The notes: a model not told the origin generated them from the sequence alone. A DNA stretch of 32,000 bases from Blochmannia endosymbiont of Camponotus modoc (GCF_023585785.1 NZ_CP097765.1:240001-272000), one strand, 5' to 3'. Counted from the stretch's first letter, positions 1-13,060 are shown. Made by a program: numbers and translations.

Positions 1-854
1 AAATAGATGTAGTTAATATATCTCTATGTGCTCCACCTAATGGTTCAGAAATCACACTATCAATTAGATTTAGTTCTTTCAATCGATAAGCAGTAATACC
101 CATTGCTTCGGCAGCTATAGGAGCTTTTTTAACATTTTTCCATAAAATGGATGCACATCCTTCTGGAGAAATTACAGAATATGTACTATATTCCAACATA
201 TTAACTTTATCGCCAACGCTGATAGCTAAAGCCCCTCCAGAACCCCCTTCTCCGATTACGGTACATATAATTGGTATTTTTAATATTGACATTGTACGTA
301 AATTCTTAGCGATTGCTGCAGATTGTCCACGTTTTTCTGCGCCCACTCCAGGATAAGCGCCTGGAGTATCTATAAAAGTAATCAGTGGTATTTTGAATCG
401 TTCTGCCATTTTCATCAGACGTAATGCTTTTCGGTACCCTTCTGGCGCGGACATACCAAAATTTCGTTTAATTTTTTCTTTAGTGTCACGACCTTTTTGA
501 TGCCCAATGATCATGACTGGTCGGGAATTGAGTCTCGCTATGCCGCCTACAATAGCTTTGTCATCAGCGTATACTCGATCACCAGATAATTCATCGAAAT
601 CGTTAAATATACGCTCTATATAATCTAAAGTGTATGGACGTTTAGGATGTCGTGCTAATTGAGCAATTTGCCAGGCATTTAAATTAGAAAATATTTTTTG
701 GGTAAGCTCAATACTTTTAGAACGAAGACGATTAATTTCTGCATTAACATTTTTTTTTGATTTTTTATCTGAGTGTACTATCGATGCTAAAGAATTAATT
801 TTTTCTTCTAAATCTAAGATAGGTTTTTCAAAATCAAGAACATTTAAACCCATA
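1..854 (-). CDS. accA: Acetyl-CoA carboxylase carboxyltransferase subunit alpha; 5' end in window, 3' end cut by the window edge
   Basis: Absent from the ORF track because it runs off the edge. Reverse-complement reading from ATG at 854-852 gives [24 protein letters not shown]..., similar to E. coli AccA [22 protein letters not shown]. It lies just downstream of dnaE, as in enterics. Confidence 0.93.
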
Positions 855-871
855 CAATTCCTGTTATTAAA

Positions 872-3800
872 TTAATGTAATTCTAATTTGATTTGTTCAT
901 CCCCAACAAGACTACGTAAATTAGTTAGTAACTGATCAGTCAGGGTAATATACCATTTTTTTCCACAATGTAATTTAATTTGAATGCCATTTTTTTGATA
1001 AAAAAAATATACTGGTAAAGTTCCAAGTTTATTTTTTTCTAAAAAAAAATGAATGTTGGTCAATAATTTATTGTCAACTTGTTTGTTCTTTAATGTGATA
1101 GATAAACTACGTGTATGTTTTTTATGAATGTCGTTAATATCTTCTAATTTCCGTGCAATCATTTTGTAATGACCATGTATCTTATCAATATTGATCACGC
1201 CTGTAACAAGCAATAAATTATTTTCTTTTAAACAATGTTGATATTTATGAATCAGTGTTTCGAATATCATTATTTCTAATCGACCAGAATAATCTTCTAG
1301 AATAAAAAATACAACACGTTTTCCTCTCTTACTTAATTTTGTTCGAATTGATATAATTAAACCAAAAATATGCAGTATTTTATTATCTGTTTCTAGTATA
1401 ACATCTTTTATCTTAACGATGTTCGGTGCGCAACGTTTTATTGTTTTTATATATTGAATAGTAGGATGACTGGTTAAATATAATCCAAGAGCTTCTTTTT
1501 CTTTTTCTAATAATAACTGATTAGACCATTGTGGTGCGTTGTCATTGCGATCAGATATCGCAATAGTATTAGATTCATCTAAACACATTTCAAATATATC
1601 TGTTTGTTTGCTATATTTATTTTTAATATGTTGATTAGCACGTTTTAGTACATCATTAAGTGATGACATTAATTTTGAACGATGTATTCCAAACGAATCA
1701 CAGGCTCCGGAAAGAATTAATTTTTCAATCATACGATGATTTATTTTTGTACTATCGATACGAATACAGAAGTCAAATAATTCTTTAAAACTACCACCTT
1801 TATTACGAGATGTTATTATAGATTCTATAGAGGTTTTTCCTATTCCTTTAATAGCTCCAAATCCATAAACAATTTCTTTATTTGCATTAACATAAAAATG
1901 ATATTGACTAGTGTTAATATTTGGGGGTGAAATTATAAGTTTCATTTTTTGACATTCACCTATTAAGTATACTACTTTATTTAAATTATCCATATCAGAA
2001 CTTAATGCTGCCGCCATAAATTCAGAAGGATAATGTGTTTTTAACCATAATGTTTGATAAGATATTAACGCATATGCTGCAGAATGAGATTTATTGAAAC
2101 CATAACCGGCGAATTTTTCTACAAGATCAAAAATCTTCATTGATAGTGTACTATCGATACCATTTTTTGCCGCACCTAAATTAAAAAAAGAGCGTTGTTT
2201 AGCCATATCTTCTGGTTTTTTTTTGCCGATAGCACGTCTTAATATATCGGCTTGTCCAAGTGTATAACCTGCAAGTACTTGTGCTATTTGCATAACTTGT
2301 TCTTGATACAAAATAATTCCATAAGTTGATTCCAATACTGGACGTAGAGATTCATGCTGCCATTTAGCATCAGGATAAGAAATAGTTTCATAACCGTGTT
2401 TTCTATTGATGAAATTATCTACCATACCTGACTGTAGCGGTCCTGGACGAAATAACGCAATCAATGCTATCAAATCTTCAAAACAATCTGGTTTTAAACG
2501 TTTAATTAATTCCTTTATGCCGCGTGATTCTAATTGAAATATTGCAGTAGTTTCTGAAGATTGAAGTATATGAAAGCTTTTTTGGTCGTATAACGATATG
2601 GAGTGTATATCAATAATAGTGAGACCATGTTTCAGGCGTGTATTGTTAATCATTTTTAATGCATGATTAATAATAGTCAATGTACGCAAACCAAGAAAAT
2701 CAAATTTTATTAAACCAATACGTTCAATGTCATCTTTATCAAATTGAGTCATTGGATGAATACTGTCGTTATCATAATACAAGGGAGAAAAATCGGTAAT
2801 TTTTATAGGCGCAATTACTACTCCTCCTGCATGTTTGCTTACATTTCTTACGATACCTTCTAATTGCAGGGCCATATCGATGAGCTCTGTAATATCTTCG
2901 TCGTTTTCATAAAGTAATTTAAGTTGAGGTTCGATAGAGAACGCTTTTTTCAACGTTATTCCCGATTCTAATGGAATTAATTTAGCGATACGATTAATCA
3001 ACGCATAAGGATGCCCTAGTACACGCCCTACATCTCGAATCACTGCTTTAGCTGCCATAGTTCCAAACGTAATAATTTGAGATACAGCATCCGATCCGTA
3101 AGTTTTAGAGACATGTTCAATTACTAAATCACGATGATCCATGCAAAAATCAATATCTAGATCAGGCATTGATATACGCTCTGGATTAAGAAAACGTTCA
3201 AACAGTAAATCGAATTGTAATGGATCAAGTTCTGTAATTTTTAAAACATAAGCTACTAGTGAACTAGCGCCAGAACCTCTTCCCGGACCAACTGGAATAT
3301 CGTTATTTTTAGCCCATTTGATAAATTCCATAACGATTAGAAAATAACTAGGAAAATTCATATTATTAATTACTTGTAATTCATGTTTCAATCGTAAATC
3401 ATACGGTTTTCGCTTAACAAGACGTTCTTCAGTCTTTGGAAATAACAAAATTAAGCGTTCTTCCAATCCTTTTTTTGCGTGTGTAGTAAGAAAATCTTTA
3501 GCAGACCTACGCCCAGTAGGAAATTGTGGTAAAAAATATCCGCCTAAATCGATGGTGAGATTACATCTGTAAGCAATTTCTACACTATTTACTAAAGATT
3601 CTGGTATATCGGAAAATAATTCACACATTTCTTGTTCACTTTTCATAAATTGTTGTGAACTATATTTGCGTAATTGTTGAATATTATTTAATGTAGTACC
3701 ATCATATATCGCTACGCGAACCTCATGCGCTAAAAAATCTTTTTCATTAATGAAACGTACATCGTTGGTAGCTACTACCGGTAATCCTTTGGCTATTGAT

Positions 3801-4363
3801 AATTCTATTGCTAATTGTAAATAAGATTCTTCATGTTGACGACCAGTACGTATTAGTTCCAAATAATATCTATTTGGAAAATACTTGGAATAAAAATATA
3901 AACATTGTTCTATCTTTAATTTTTCATTTCTTAATAAATATCTTCCGATATCTCCATTGCGCCCTCCAGAAAGTAGAATTAAACCTTTGTTATATTCTGT
4001 GAGCCAATGGCGTTGAATCATAAGAGCAATATTATTACATTTATTTTTATATGCTTTTGAAATTAGCATAATTAAATGATAATAACCCTGTTTATCAGTA
4101 ACCAAGCATGTTAATTCGCTGGGTTTGTTGCCAATGATGAGATCTTGTACTAAAAAATCTGCTCCAATAATTGGCTTGATTCCTGATTTATAAGCAACAT
4201 CATAGAATTTAATAAACCCAAATAAATTGTTAAAATCAGTAAGAGCTAACGCGGGCATTTTAAGATATGCCGCTTTTGTTATTAATTTATTTACCGTAGC
4301 TAATCCATCAATCATGGAGTAATCGCTATGTACGTGCAAGTGAATAAAACGTGGTTTTATCAT
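872..4363 (-). CDS. dnaE: DNA polymerase III subunit alpha
   Basis: 1163 aa. N-terminal PHP motif [14 protein letters not shown], catalytic [10 protein letters not shown], possible clamp-binding motif QTDIF. Full length relative to E. coli DnaE. Confidence 0.98.
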   Translation of the reverse strand: MIKPRFIHLHVHSDYSMIDGLATVNKLITKAAYLKMPALALTDFNNLFGFIKFYDVAYKSGIKPIIGADFLVQDLIIGNKPSELTCLVTDKQGYYHLIMLISKAYKNKCNNIALMIQRHWLTEYNKGLILLSGGRNGDIGRYLLRNEKLKIEQCLYFYSKYFPNRYYLELIRTGRQHEESYLQLAIELSIAKGLPVVATNDVRFINEKDFLAHEVRVAIYDGTTLNNIQQLRKYSSQQFMKSEQEMCELFSDIPESLVNSVEIAYRCNLTIDLGGYFLPQFPTGRRSAKDFLTTHAKKGLEERLILLFPKTEERLVKRKPYDLRLKHELQVINNMNFPSYFLIVMEFIKWAKNNDIPVGPGRGSGASSLVAYVLKITELDPLQFDLLFERFLNPERISMPDLDIDFCMDHRDLVIEHVSKTYGSDAVSQIITFGTMAAKAVIRDVGRVLGHPYALINRIAKLIPLESGITLKKAFSIEPQLKLLYENDEDITELIDMALQLEGIVRNVSKHAGGVVIAPIKITDFSPLYYDNDSIHPMTQFDKDDIERIGLIKFDFLGLRTLTIINHALKMINNTRLKHGLTIIDIHSISLYDQKSFHILQSSETTAIFQLESRGIKELIKRLKPDCFEDLIALIALFRPGPLQSGMVDNFINRKHGYETISYPDAKWQHESLRPVLESTYGIILYQEQVMQIAQVLAGYTLGQADILRRAIGKKKPEDMAKQRSFFNLGAAKNGIDSTLSMKIFDLVEKFAGYGFNKSHSAAYALISYQTLWLKTHYPSEFMAAALSSDMDNLNKVVYLIGECQKMKLIISPPNINTSQYHFYVNANKEIVYGFGAIKGIGKTSIESIITSRNKGGSFKELFDFCIRIDSTKINHRMIEKLILSGACDSFGIHRSKLMSSLNDVLKRANQHIKNKYSKQTDIFEMCLDESNTIAISDRNDNAPQWSNQLLLEKEKEALGLYLTSHPTIQYIKTIKRCAPNIVKIKDVILETDNKILHIFGLIISIRTKLSKRGKRVVFFILEDYSGRLEIMIFETLIHKYQHCLKENNLLLVTGVINIDKIHGHYKMIARKLEDINDIHKKHTRSLSITLKNKQVDNKLLTNIHFFLEKNKLGTLPVYFFYQKNGIQIKLHCGKKWYITLTDQLLTNLRSLVGDEQIKLELH

Positions 4364-4403
4364 AATTTAAAAGATCATAAGTAATGATGTATATCTCATT
4401 ATA

Positions 4404-5063
4404 TTAAACATAAAGTTTCCTATTAATATCAGAAATTACATGTTTTACAGGAGCAAAGCTTTTTCGATGATGCGATATAGGACCGTATAGCGCTAGTTGT
4501 TTTAAGTGAAAAGAAGTAGGATATCCTTTGTTTTGAGCAAATCCATATTTTGGATATTGCCCATCTAATATGATCATATCTTGATCACGAGTAACTTTAG
4601 CTATAATGGAAGCTGCGCTTATAACCTCTATTCGAGCATCTCCTTTCTTAAAACATTGATAAGGTATTTCTGTAAATCCTGGAGAACGATTTCCATCTAT
4701 TAAAATTAAATCTGGTTTAATAGATAAATTGTGTACTGCTCGTTTCATTGCTAATAAACGAGCTTCTAAAATATTAAAACGATCAATTTCTGTAACATCA
4801 GCATATCCGATACTCCAGGTCAATGCATTTTTAATAATATTTTTATATAAATTAAGTCTTTTATTTTTATTTAATGTTTTGGAATCAGCTAATCCAGAAA
4901 TTGGTTGTATTGGATGCAATATCACTGCAGCAGCTATTACTGATCCAACTAATGATCCACATCCTGATTCATCTACTCCTGCAATTAATTTAAATTTTTT
5001 GATAGATAGTGTTTTTGATATTTCATTATTTTTTTCTTGCACAATAGATAACATTGTTGTCAT
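4404..5063 (-). CDS. rnhB: Ribonuclease HII
   Basis: 219 aa with [13 protein letters not shown] and [10 protein letters not shown] motifs. Stop-start overlap with lpxB. Confidence 0.96.
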   Translation of the reverse strand: MTTMLSIVQEKNNEISKTLSIKKFKLIAGVDESGCGSLVGSVIAAAVILHPIQPISGLADSKTLNKNKRLNLYKNIIKNALTWSIGYADVTEIDRFNILEARLLAMKRAVHNLSIKPDLILIDGNRSPGFTEIPYQCFKKGDARIEVISAASIIAKVTRDQDMIILDGQYPKYGFAQNKGYPTSFHLKQLALYGPISHHRKSFAPVKHVISDINRKLYV

Positions 5064-6202
5064 TTGATTAATCTCAAAACCGCATGGGCTGCTTGTTCAT
5101 CTGCTTTGCATCTAATGCTGTGATGTAATTGTCTAAATTTTTTTTTCAATACTATATGTTGATTATTATTATCATTTAATAAATTAATTAATGTTTGTGC
5201 TAAATTTTCAGGACGACAGTTGTTTTGAATAAATTCTTTTACCAATTCATGACCTGCTAATAAATTAGGTAGAGATATCCAAGGAATATTTATAAAATGC
5301 TTGACTAACATGAATGTTAAGGGATGCATGCGATAAGCTACAACCATGGGGCATTTGACCAACATACATTCTAAAGTTGCTGTTCCAGCGGTTACTAAAG
5401 AAACATCTGCTGCCATCATTATTTTCCATGCTGATTGGTTGTTTACAATACGATATTTAACCGATGTTGATGTAACACTAATAAATTTTTTTATAGATGT
5501 TTGATTAGTTAATGGTACTAAAATTTCAAGATTAGGAAAATTATTTTTTAACAATTTAGCGCATACTAAAAAATCATGAGCTAACATTTTAATTTCCCTA
5601 ATCCTGCTGCCTGGTAATACTGCTAAACAATATACGTCATGAGGAATACCTAATTTTTGACGAGCAGAGACTTTATTTGGATTAAGTGGTATTTGATCTG
5701 CTAATGAATGCCCAATAAATTGACATGGTATATTGAAGTGATCGTATATTTTTTTTTCAAAAGGAAAAATAACCAAAATATTATCGGTAGCTTTTTTAAG
5801 TGCAAAAATACGTTTTTTCCTCCATGCCCATACTGATGGGCTAACATAATGAATTGTACGAATTCCACTTTTTTTTAAACGATTTTCTAACGAAATATTA
5901 AAATCTGGCGAATCGATACCAATGAAAACATCAGGTTTTAAGTTAATAAATCTACGAACTAAATTTCTACGAATATATAATAATCGTGGTAATTTCATAA
6001 TGATTTCAGCAAAACCCATAACTGATAACTCTTCTATATTATACCAGGATTTCATATCTTCAGATTGCATACAGGGACCGCCAATTCCAAAAAAACATAC
6101 TTTTTTTAAGTATTTTTTTAATGTACGGATTAATCCTGCTCCTAAAATATCTCCGGAAGCTTCTCCTGCTACTATACCTATAATAATAGTACGATTACGC
6201 AT
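5060..6202 (-). CDS. lpxB: Lipid-A-disaccharide synthase
   Basis: 380 aa with [23 protein letters not shown] and LPGSRIREI motifs. Syntenic position between lpxA and rnhB. Confidence 0.97.
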   Translation of the reverse strand: MRNRTIIIGIVAGEASGDILGAGLIRTLKKYLKKVCFFGIGGPCMQSEDMKSWYNIEELSVMGFAEIIMKLPRLLYIRRNLVRRFINLKPDVFIGIDSPDFNISLENRLKKSGIRTIHYVSPSVWAWRKKRIFALKKATDNILVIFPFEKKIYDHFNIPCQFIGHSLADQIPLNPNKVSARQKLGIPHDVYCLAVLPGSRIREIKMLAHDFLVCAKLLKNNFPNLEILVPLTNQTSIKKFISVTSTSVKYRIVNNQSAWKIMMAADVSLVTAGTATLECMLVKCPMVVAYRMHPLTFMLVKHFINIPWISLPNLLAGHELVKEFIQNNCRPENLAQTLINLLNDNNNQHIVLKKKFRQLHHSIRCKADEQAAHAVLRLIK

Positions 6203-6220
6203 AGACGATAGATGACATTG

Positions 6221-7009
6221 TTAACGAATAATTCCTCGTTGAGAGCGTATTAAAAAATCTACAAATTCATTGATAATTGGATGTTCTGCTGCTAATGATT
6301 TTAAAGCCGATTTAGCTGATTCAACAGTTTTATTGCTACGATATAAAATTTTATAAGCATCTCGAATAGCGTGTACGGAAGAACGACTAAAACCTCGTCG
6401 TTTTAAACCTTCAATGTTTAATCCAAAAGGTGTTGCGTGATTTCCTTGGGCTATTATGAATGGTGGAATATCTTGAACTACACCAGAACATCCTCCAATC
6501 ATAACATGTGTTCCAATAATACAAAATTGATGGATCGCGGTCATCCCTCCAATAATAGTGTGATTATCTACTCTTACATGTCCTCCTAAGGTAACGTTGT
6601 TAGCCATGACACAATGATCTCCTATTATGCAATCATGAGCAATATGTACGTTAATCATAAATAAATTGCTATTTCCTATTTTGGTAACTTTTTTACCTTG
6701 TATAGTACCGCGATGAATAGTGACACTTTCTCTAATCTGATTATAATGACCAATCTCTATGCGCGTAGATTCTTTTGCGTATTTTAAATCTTGGTTTACT
6801 TCCCCAAGAGAAGCAAATTGATAAATTTGATTATCTTCTCCAATTTGAGTAATGCCATTAATTACGATATGAGATTTTAGTAAAGTTCGTGCCCCTATTT
6901 CAACTTGTGCTCCAATAAAACAAAATGGCCCGATATGCACGTTATCGTGTATTATAGCTCCTTCTTCTATTATAGAACTAGGATGTATGATGGCAGATTG
7001 ATGAATCAT
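6221..7009 (-). CDS. lpxA: UDP-N-acetylglucosamine acyltransferase
   Basis: 262 aa, left-handed beta-helix hexapeptide repeats, [17 protein letters not shown] and [14 protein letters not shown] segments. Synteny. Confidence 0.97.
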   Translation of the reverse strand: MIHQSAIIHPSSIIEEGAIIHDNVHIGPFCFIGAQVEIGARTLLKSHIVINGITQIGEDNQIYQFASLGEVNQDLKYAKESTRIEIGHYNQIRESVTIHRGTIQGKKVTKIGNSNLFMINVHIAHDCIIGDHCVMANNVTLGGHVRVDNHTIIGGMTAIHQFCIIGTHVMIGGCSGVVQDIPPFIIAQGNHATPFGLNIEGLKRRGFSRSSVHAIRDAYKILYRSNKTVESAKSALKSLAAEHPIINEFVDFLIRSQRGIIR

Positions 7010-7013
7010 CAGT

Positions 7014-7469
7014 TTAAATTTCCTTTCTACGAGCGCACATCATTGATGCTTCACAAGCCATTTCTTCGTTTACTGTAGCGATTCCTTTAAAGCGTGCAAT
7101 ACCACGTCTTTCTTTAATAAATTCCACATCAAGTATCATTTGATCACCAGGTTGTACTGGACGCTTGAATCGAGCTGCATCAATTGCAGCAAAATAATAT
7201 AATTCTCCTGGAGCTAATTTACCTGTACTTTTGAAGGCTAAGATGCCTGTAGCTTGAGCCATAGCCTCTAAAATTAATACTCCAGGAAAAATGGGTTTTC
7301 CCGGAAAATGACCTTGAAAAAATGGTTCATTAAAGGAAACATTTTTTACCGCTCTTAAAAATTTTCCTTTTTCAAAATTTAGTACACGATCAACTAGCAA
7401 AAATGGAAATCGATGCGGCAAAAGTTCTAAAACTTCCTCAATGTGCAAAACGCAAGTATCAGTAACCAA
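7014..7469 (-). CDS. fabZ: 3-hydroxyacyl-ACP dehydratase FabZ
   Basis: 151 aa. [21 protein letters not shown] and [20 protein letters not shown] are near-identical to enteric FabZ. Confidence 0.98.
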   Translation of the reverse strand: MVTDTCVLHIEEVLELLPHRFPFLLVDRVLNFEKGKFLRAVKNVSFNEPFFQGHFPGKPIFPGVLILEAMAQATGILAFKSTGKLAPGELYYFAAIDAARFKRPVQPGDQMILDVEFIKERRGIARFKGIATVNEEMACEASMMCARRKEI

Positions 7470-7567
7470 GGTTTTCTATTCCTGTCTAAGGTAATAAATC
7501 GTATTAACAACACTATCCCGTTCATCCTAACAGGATAAAGAATAAACTGTCCTAATTATCTTAAAAT

Positions 7568-8599
7568 TTATAGGAACAGTAATTTTTTTAATTTTTCTTC
7601 TATAGTTTTTATACGTTTATTCATATTACTAATCCGCATAATTAACGCGGCAGTTTTCCACCATACTGTATTTGGTTGTACAGGAATACCTGATGAGTAA
7701 ATACCAGGTTGTGTTATTGCTTTAATTACCATACCCATTCCGGTTATCGTGACTTTATCACAAATATTTATGTGCCCATTAATTACACTAGCTCCACCTA
7801 TCATGCAATATCGTCCGATTGTTAAACTTCCAGCCATGATGACACCTCCTGCTATTGCAGTGTGCGCGCCTATTATGACATTATGTGCAATTTGGCACTG
7901 ATTATCAATAATTACCCCGTTTTCAATTTTAGTATCATCTAGTGTTCCACGGTCAATAGTAGTACAAGCACCTATTTCTACATTATTTCCAATTTTTACT
8001 GTTCCTAAATGAGGAATTTTGATCCACACACCATGATCATTAATATACCCAAATCCATCAGAACCAATTATAGCTCCAGATTGTATTAAGCAGAATTCAC
8101 CAATTTCTACTTCATGATATATAGTAACGTTGGCCCATAAACGTGTACCTGTTCCTATTCTTGCTTTTTTTCCTATGAAACTACCGGGACCAATGATTAC
8201 ATCATCCCCCAAAATTGCTTCAGATTCTATAACTGCATTAGCGCCAATCCCTACTCTTTGACCTAAAATTGCATCTGAAGCAATTATAGCTCCAGATGCA
8301 ATGTTTTTCGATGGTTTAGGGGTAGTATCCATCAATCGTGCTATTTTAACATACGCAATATAAGGATCTTCTACTACTAATGCAGCAATCTTACAAAAAA
8401 TTAAGTTATTTTTAGACAATATCACTGCTGAGGCGCGACAGGAGCTTAGTTGACTTAGAAATCGCTGATTTTTTAGAAAAGTAATATGTCCCACTCGTGC
8501 GTTATTTATAGAAGCAACACCAGTAATAATAATATTTTCATCTCCATATAATTTAGCATTTAACTGTTGTGCTAGGTCAGATAATCGCATTCCGATCAT
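7568..8599 (-). CDS. lpxD: UDP-3-O-(3-hydroxyacyl)glucosamine N-acyltransferase
   Basis: 343 aa. [16 protein letters not shown]-terminus, hexapeptide repeats, [14 protein letters not shown] and [16 protein letters not shown]. Confidence 0.97.
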   Translation of the reverse strand: MIGMRLSDLAQQLNAKLYGDENIIITGVASINNARVGHITFLKNQRFLSQLSSCRASAVILSKNNLIFCKIAALVVEDPYIAYVKIARLMDTTPKPSKNIASGAIIASDAILGQRVGIGANAVIESEAILGDDVIIGPGSFIGKKARIGTGTRLWANVTIYHEVEIGEFCLIQSGAIIGSDGFGYINDHGVWIKIPHLGTVKIGNNVEIGACTTIDRGTLDDTKIENGVIIDNQCQIAHNVIIGAHTAIAGGVIMAGSLTIGRYCMIGGASVINGHINICDKVTITGMGMVIKAITQPGIYSSGIPVQPNTVWWKTAALIMRISNMNKRIKTIEEKLKKLLFL

Positions 8600-8602
8600 A
8601 AT

Positions 8603-9103
8603 TTATCCAACTTGTTTCATTACAGAATTGGTAATATCTGTAATACGAATGCTGTGATATACTACAGCATTAGTGTCGATTACTATATCGTAATTTTCTT
8701 TTTTAGCAACATTCGTTACTACATTGTGAATCATATTCAGAATTTTATCTCTTTCTTCTGTCTGACGTGAATGATTTTCTTGTTGAAATTCTTTAGCTTT
8801 GTTAGAGAAAATTTCACGTTGATTTATTAACGATTTTTCTAATTCACTACGCTCGATTGCTTTCATGGTAGCACCATCTCGTTGTAATGTTTGTATTTTC
8901 ATTTGTAAATCGTGCTCCATCTTTTCTAATTCGGTAGCACGATCTTTAAATTCATATTCAAGTTGTTTAATGATTTTCGCACGTTGTGAAGATTGTTGGA
9001 AAATATTAGAAATATTAACTATCGCAATTTTGTCCGCAGCATCAACAGGGCTAATTTGTGTTATCCAAATCACCATACTTAATATATATGTCCACTTTTT
9101 CAC
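8603..9103 (-). CDS. skp: Periplasmic chaperone Skp/OmpH
   Basis: 166 aa. Signal peptide ending around SPVDA, then [15 protein letters not shown] as in enteric Skp. Lies between lpxD and bamA. Confidence 0.93.
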   Translation of the reverse strand: MKKWTYILSMVIWITQISPVDAADKIAIVNISNIFQQSSQRAKIIKQLEYEFKDRATELEKMEHDLQMKIQTLQRDGATMKAIERSELEKSLINQREIFSNKAKEFQQENHSRQTEERDKILNMIHNVVTNVAKKENYDIVIDTNAVVYHSIRITDITNSVMKQVG

Positions 9104-9182
9104 TGTAAACCTCTTAGTTTAATAAAATATAAAAGTTTATACTTTGATAAGATATTTGTTATTTCTATATTACATTTAAATT

Positions 9183-11606
9183 TTACCATGTTTTTCCGAT
9201 ACTAAATTGAAATGGTTCTTCTATATCTCCAGGATATTTTTTTATCAATTTTGAATAAGAAAAAATCACTGGTCCAACTGGAGATATCCATTTCAAAGCT
9301 ATACCACTGGATATACGAATATTACTTGGAATACTATAATCTACAATACCAGCTTTTTGTGTTGCTTCAGTATTTTTCCAAAAAGTATCCCATACAGTAC
9401 CTGTGTCTAAGAACAGAGAAATACGTGCAATATCAGAATGTTGTGTATTAAAATATGCGATAGGAATAATTAACTCAGTTTTAAAAAGAGTTATTGCATT
9501 TCCACCGACAGCATCTTGAGAGTTCTTTATTGCACATGTAGTATAGTTTTGGCTTGAATCGCTGCAATGATAATAGGCAGCTTTTGGTCCTATACTATTT
9601 AATCTAAATCCACGTATTGTTCCAATACCTCCGGCGTAGAAGTTGTCATAAAAAGGATTTTCTTTTTTATGTATACTTCCAGAATAACCAGCATATATAG
9701 AATTCATTATTATCCAATTATAATATTGGTCCAAAGGCATATAGCTATTGCAATTAATTAGTATTTTATAATATTGATTATTAGACCCAGGTAGTGTTAA
9801 TGTACTTGATACATTAGCGCGTACACCATATGTAGGAAAATAAGCATGATTCGAGTTATCAAAAGTCCATCCTGAAACTAATAAAAAATCATTTGTATGA
9901 AAATTAATAGTATCATCCAAAAATGTATTGTTAATCGATATTTTTGGGCGAATATTTGTAGATTTTAAATAACGCCATATTGCTACTTGAGGAGCTACTT
10001 TACTTAAATAATTAGATACATAATTTAATCCTATATTAAACGTATTGTATTCAACAATCGGGTATGAGCAATTAATATTAATACCACAATTTTTCAAATT
10101 ATAATCTGACAAACCCGTTTTGTTAGTATTTAAATCATTATAAAATATTTTCCCTCCTACGCTAATATTATTAACGCCACAGTAAGGTTTTACAGATGAT
10201 ATTTCAGCATAAGTTTGATAATAATTTTTAGTACTAGCAACAGCTATAGAATTTCCTGAACCTAATACATTTTCTTGATACATTCCGAATTGTAAATTTA
10301 TACCACTTTCTGTTCCAAATCCGACGCTTAAATTTAAATTACCAGTATTACGTTCTTCAACTTTGTAAATAACGTCGATTTGGTTTATAGTATTCGATAC
10401 ATATTCAATGTGAGTGTTTACAGTTTTAAAATAACCAAGACGTTTAAGTCGATCTTGATCTTGAACAATACGAGTATAATCTAATTGCATTTGTTCTGTT
10501 TGATGTATTTCTCTACGAATTACTTCATCTTTAGTAATATTATTACCTTCAAAGCGTATTTCACGCACATAAAAATGACGTCCTATATCAACATATACAT
10601 ATAATGTTATTGTTTTATTGTTATCATTGATGTCTGGTTCTATTAATATGATAGGTTGCATGTAGCCATGTTTGCTCAATACATATCGTATGTTACGTTC
10701 TATTTCTTGAATTTTATTGTTACTATACAATTCTCCAAGAGAAACTCTCATGTATTCCTTAATATTAGGAAAATAATCTAATATATTTCCATGTAATTTT
10801 ACAGAATCAAATGTATATTGCATGCCTTCATTAATATATAAAGAAAGGTAAATATATTTTTTATTTGATGTTAAATCGATCTGTGTTTCATCAATATGAA
10901 ATTTAGCGTAACCATGGTTTAAGTAAAAATTACGTAATTTATCTAAGTCATGGAATAATCTTTGTTGTTGATATTGTCGATTGGATAATATGGGTCTCCA
11001 TTTAATTTTTCTATATGATTTAAATTGTGATAATAATTTTTTTGTATGGAATGCATGATTACCAAAAATATTGATTTGTTGTACTTTGGCGGTTTTACCT
11101 TCAGTAAATATTATTTTCAAATTAACACGATTTCTTGATAGAGGAATAACTACTATCTCAGTTGTAGCTGTAAATTTACCAAAATTATGATACAAATTAT
11201 CTAATTCTCGTTTTAACTCAAAAATAGAACATTCATTAAACGGTTCACCTGATTGTATTTTTTTTACATTTAATGTTTTTTTTATTATATCTTCTGTAAT
11301 TATTTTATTCCCATGAAAATTCACATTATCAATAACTGGACGTTCTTTCACTTGGATTATAATAATTCCTGTTTCATTATTAGATATTGTGATTGCTTCA
11401 AAATATCCTGTAGAAAACAACACTTTAATACTATTAGCAATATCTTCATCATTAATAATAGCTCCAATTTTTAAAGGTAAATTAAATAGTACTGTATCTA
11501 AAGAAATTCTTTTTAATCCGTTAAAAAGAATTTTATTTATGATTGTATCAGCGCTCTGTGCTACATTGCTAATTATCAATAAGAATGCTATAAATATTCT
11601 TTTCAT
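9183..11606 (-). CDS. bamA: Outer membrane protein assembly factor BamA
   Basis: 807 aa. Signal peptide, repeated POTRA-like segments, C-terminal Omp85 barrel with GGIGTIRGF and PVGPVIFSY, terminal aromatic residue (FSIGKTW). Confidence 0.97.
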   Translation of the reverse strand: MKRIFIAFLLIISNVAQSADTIINKILFNGLKRISLDTVLFNLPLKIGAIINDEDIANSIKVLFSTGYFEAITISNNETGIIIIQVKERPVIDNVNFHGNKIITEDIIKKTLNVKKIQSGEPFNECSIFELKRELDNLYHNFGKFTATTEIVVIPLSRNRVNLKIIFTEGKTAKVQQINIFGNHAFHTKKLLSQFKSYRKIKWRPILSNRQYQQQRLFHDLDKLRNFYLNHGYAKFHIDETQIDLTSNKKYIYLSLYINEGMQYTFDSVKLHGNILDYFPNIKEYMRVSLGELYSNNKIQEIERNIRYVLSKHGYMQPIILIEPDINDNNKTITLYVYVDIGRHFYVREIRFEGNNITKDEVIRREIHQTEQMQLDYTRIVQDQDRLKRLGYFKTVNTHIEYVSNTINQIDVIYKVEERNTGNLNLSVGFGTESGINLQFGMYQENVLGSGNSIAVASTKNYYQTYAEISSVKPYCGVNNISVGGKIFYNDLNTNKTGLSDYNLKNCGININCSYPIVEYNTFNIGLNYVSNYLSKVAPQVAIWRYLKSTNIRPKISINNTFLDDTINFHTNDFLLVSGWTFDNSNHAYFPTYGVRANVSSTLTLPGSNNQYYKILINCNSYMPLDQYYNWIIMNSIYAGYSGSIHKKENPFYDNFYAGGIGTIRGFRLNSIGPKAAYYHCSDSSQNYTTCAIKNSQDAVGGNAITLFKTELIIPIAYFNTQHSDIARISLFLDTGTVWDTFWKNTEATQKAGIVDYSIPSNIRISSGIALKWISPVGPVIFSYSKLIKKYPGDIEEPFQFSIGKTW

Positions 11607-11650
11607 CTATTGTTATTTATTTTAATCTTTTTAGTTTTAATTTTTATTAA

Positions 11651-13024
11651 TTACCATAATCTAGATATATCGTTGAAAATTGCTAAGCACATTATAAACG
11701 TAAGTATAATAGATCCAATGATATAACCAAAACTTTGTGTTTCTTTCGATATTGATTTCCCTTTTATTTTTTCTACTATAAAAAAAAATAAATGCCCTCC
11801 ATCTAGTGTTGGAAACGGTAGTAAATTAATAATACCTAAATTGATACTGATTAAAGATAAAAACATAAGATAGTAAATTATTCCAGATTGAGCTGATGCA
11901 CCTGCTCCTTGCGCTATTGCGATTGGGCCACTGAGATGGGTTATCCTAACATCTCCAGTAATCAATTTAAATAATGTGTTAGTTGTTAGGCATATTAATT
12001 TCCATGTTTTTTCGCAAGCTTCTAATATAGCTAGATACAATCCATATTGATGGATTGTATGATGTTTTGTTGGGATATAAGTAATTTTCGGAAAAACACC
12101 TATAACTCCTTCTGCTTTATCGGAAGGAATCAAATATTTTTTATCTGGTGTTAAACTAAAGTTTAATATTTTATTTTTCCGTTCTACTATAATTTTAAAA
12201 GTTTTTTCTGGATTATTTTTGATAATTGTAATAAATGACTCCCAATTATGTATTAATTGATCGTCAATTGAGATTATTTTATCTCCAATTTTTAAACCAG
12301 CTCGTTGTGCGGAAGAATCAGGTTGTATTCCTGACAAGATCGGTGATATATGTGTGTCAAAAGGAAGAATGCCCAATGTTATTATAGGATCTTTATTATT
12401 AGTAGATTTATTGAACCAGTTACGAGATAAATTAATGGTATAAGTTTGAATATGCGTACTATTTATTGGTGTTGCAGAAATAATAATTTTTTCCTTACCT
12501 ATGCTATTAAGAATTTCCAAACGTACTGCATCCCAATCACGAGTCAAAATATTGTTAATTGATTTAATTTCTACGCCAGATGGTACATGCGATTGAGCAA
12601 TAATGGAGTTAGGTATAACGGAATGGATTATTGGTTTATAAATAGGCACACCTATCATAAAAACTAACACGTATAACAAAATAGAAAAAAGAAAGTTAAA
12701 AATGGGTCCTGAAACCACAATAACACTTTTTTTCCAAATACGTTTACAATCAAATGATTGATTACATTCTTCATCGCAAGATGCTATTTTTTTTTGAGTA
12801 TTAAATAATTTAACGTATCCACCAAAAAGAACAGCGGAAATTACGTATTCGGTATCATTTGAATCTCTCCAACTCCATAAAACAGGGCCAAATCCTATAG
12901 AAAATCGCTCTACTTTTACTTTTAAAAAACGCGCTGCTACAAAATGTCCATATTCATGAACCGTGATGAGTATACTTAATGCAAAGATAAATGCGGATAA
13001 GTTCCAAAACAAATGTAATAACAT
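11651..13024 (-). CDS. rseP: Site-2 (RIP) zinc metalloprotease RseP
   Basis: 457 aa with HEYGHF zinc motif, NLLPFPTLDGGHL, and PDZ-like GLKIGDKIISIDDQLI. Confidence 0.96.
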   Translation of the reverse strand: MLLHLFWNLSAFIFALSILITVHEYGHFVAARFLKVKVERFSIGFGPVLWSWRDSNDTEYVISAVLFGGYVKLFNTQKKIASCDEECNQSFDCKRIWKKSVIVVSGPIFNFLFSILLYVLVFMIGVPIYKPIIHSVIPNSIIAQSHVPSGVEIKSINNILTRDWDAVRLEILNSIGKEKIIISATPINSTHIQTYTINLSRNWFNKSTNNKDPIITLGILPFDTHISPILSGIQPDSSAQRAGLKIGDKIISIDDQLIHNWESFITIIKNNPEKTFKIIVERKNKILNFSLTPDKKYLIPSDKAEGVIGVFPKITYIPTKHHTIHQYGLYLAILEACEKTWKLICLTTNTLFKLITGDVRITHLSGPIAIAQGAGASAQSGIIYYLMFLSLISINLGIINLLPFPTLDGGHLFFFIVEKIKGKSISKETQSFGYIIGSIILTFIMCLAIFNDISRLW

Positions 13025-13060
13025 GATGTTAACGAATTCTCTATTTTTTTTATGATGATA

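Noticed and set aside
147-356. 69-aa plus-strand ORF at the left end
   Set aside because: Antisense to accA, which is strongly supported by its translation. No family similarity.
3796-4002. 68-aa plus-strand ORF opposite dnaE
   Set aside because: Lies inside dnaE on the opposite strand with no recognisable domain. It is a by-product of AT-rich coding sequence.
4729-5067. 112-aa plus-strand ORF opposite rnhB
   Set aside because: Fully antisense to rnhB. No independent support. The same reasoning applies to the ORFs at 5922-6215, 8865-9122, 9212-9451, 11389-11625, 13275-13490, 18373-18573, 18647-18964, 19171-19353 and 21107-21358 (-).
7533-7545. Short inverted repeat ATCCT-AAC-AGGAT in the fabZ-lpxD spacer
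   Set aside because: Only a 5-bp stem, with alternative pairings available. Insufficient evidence for a terminator or regulatory element.
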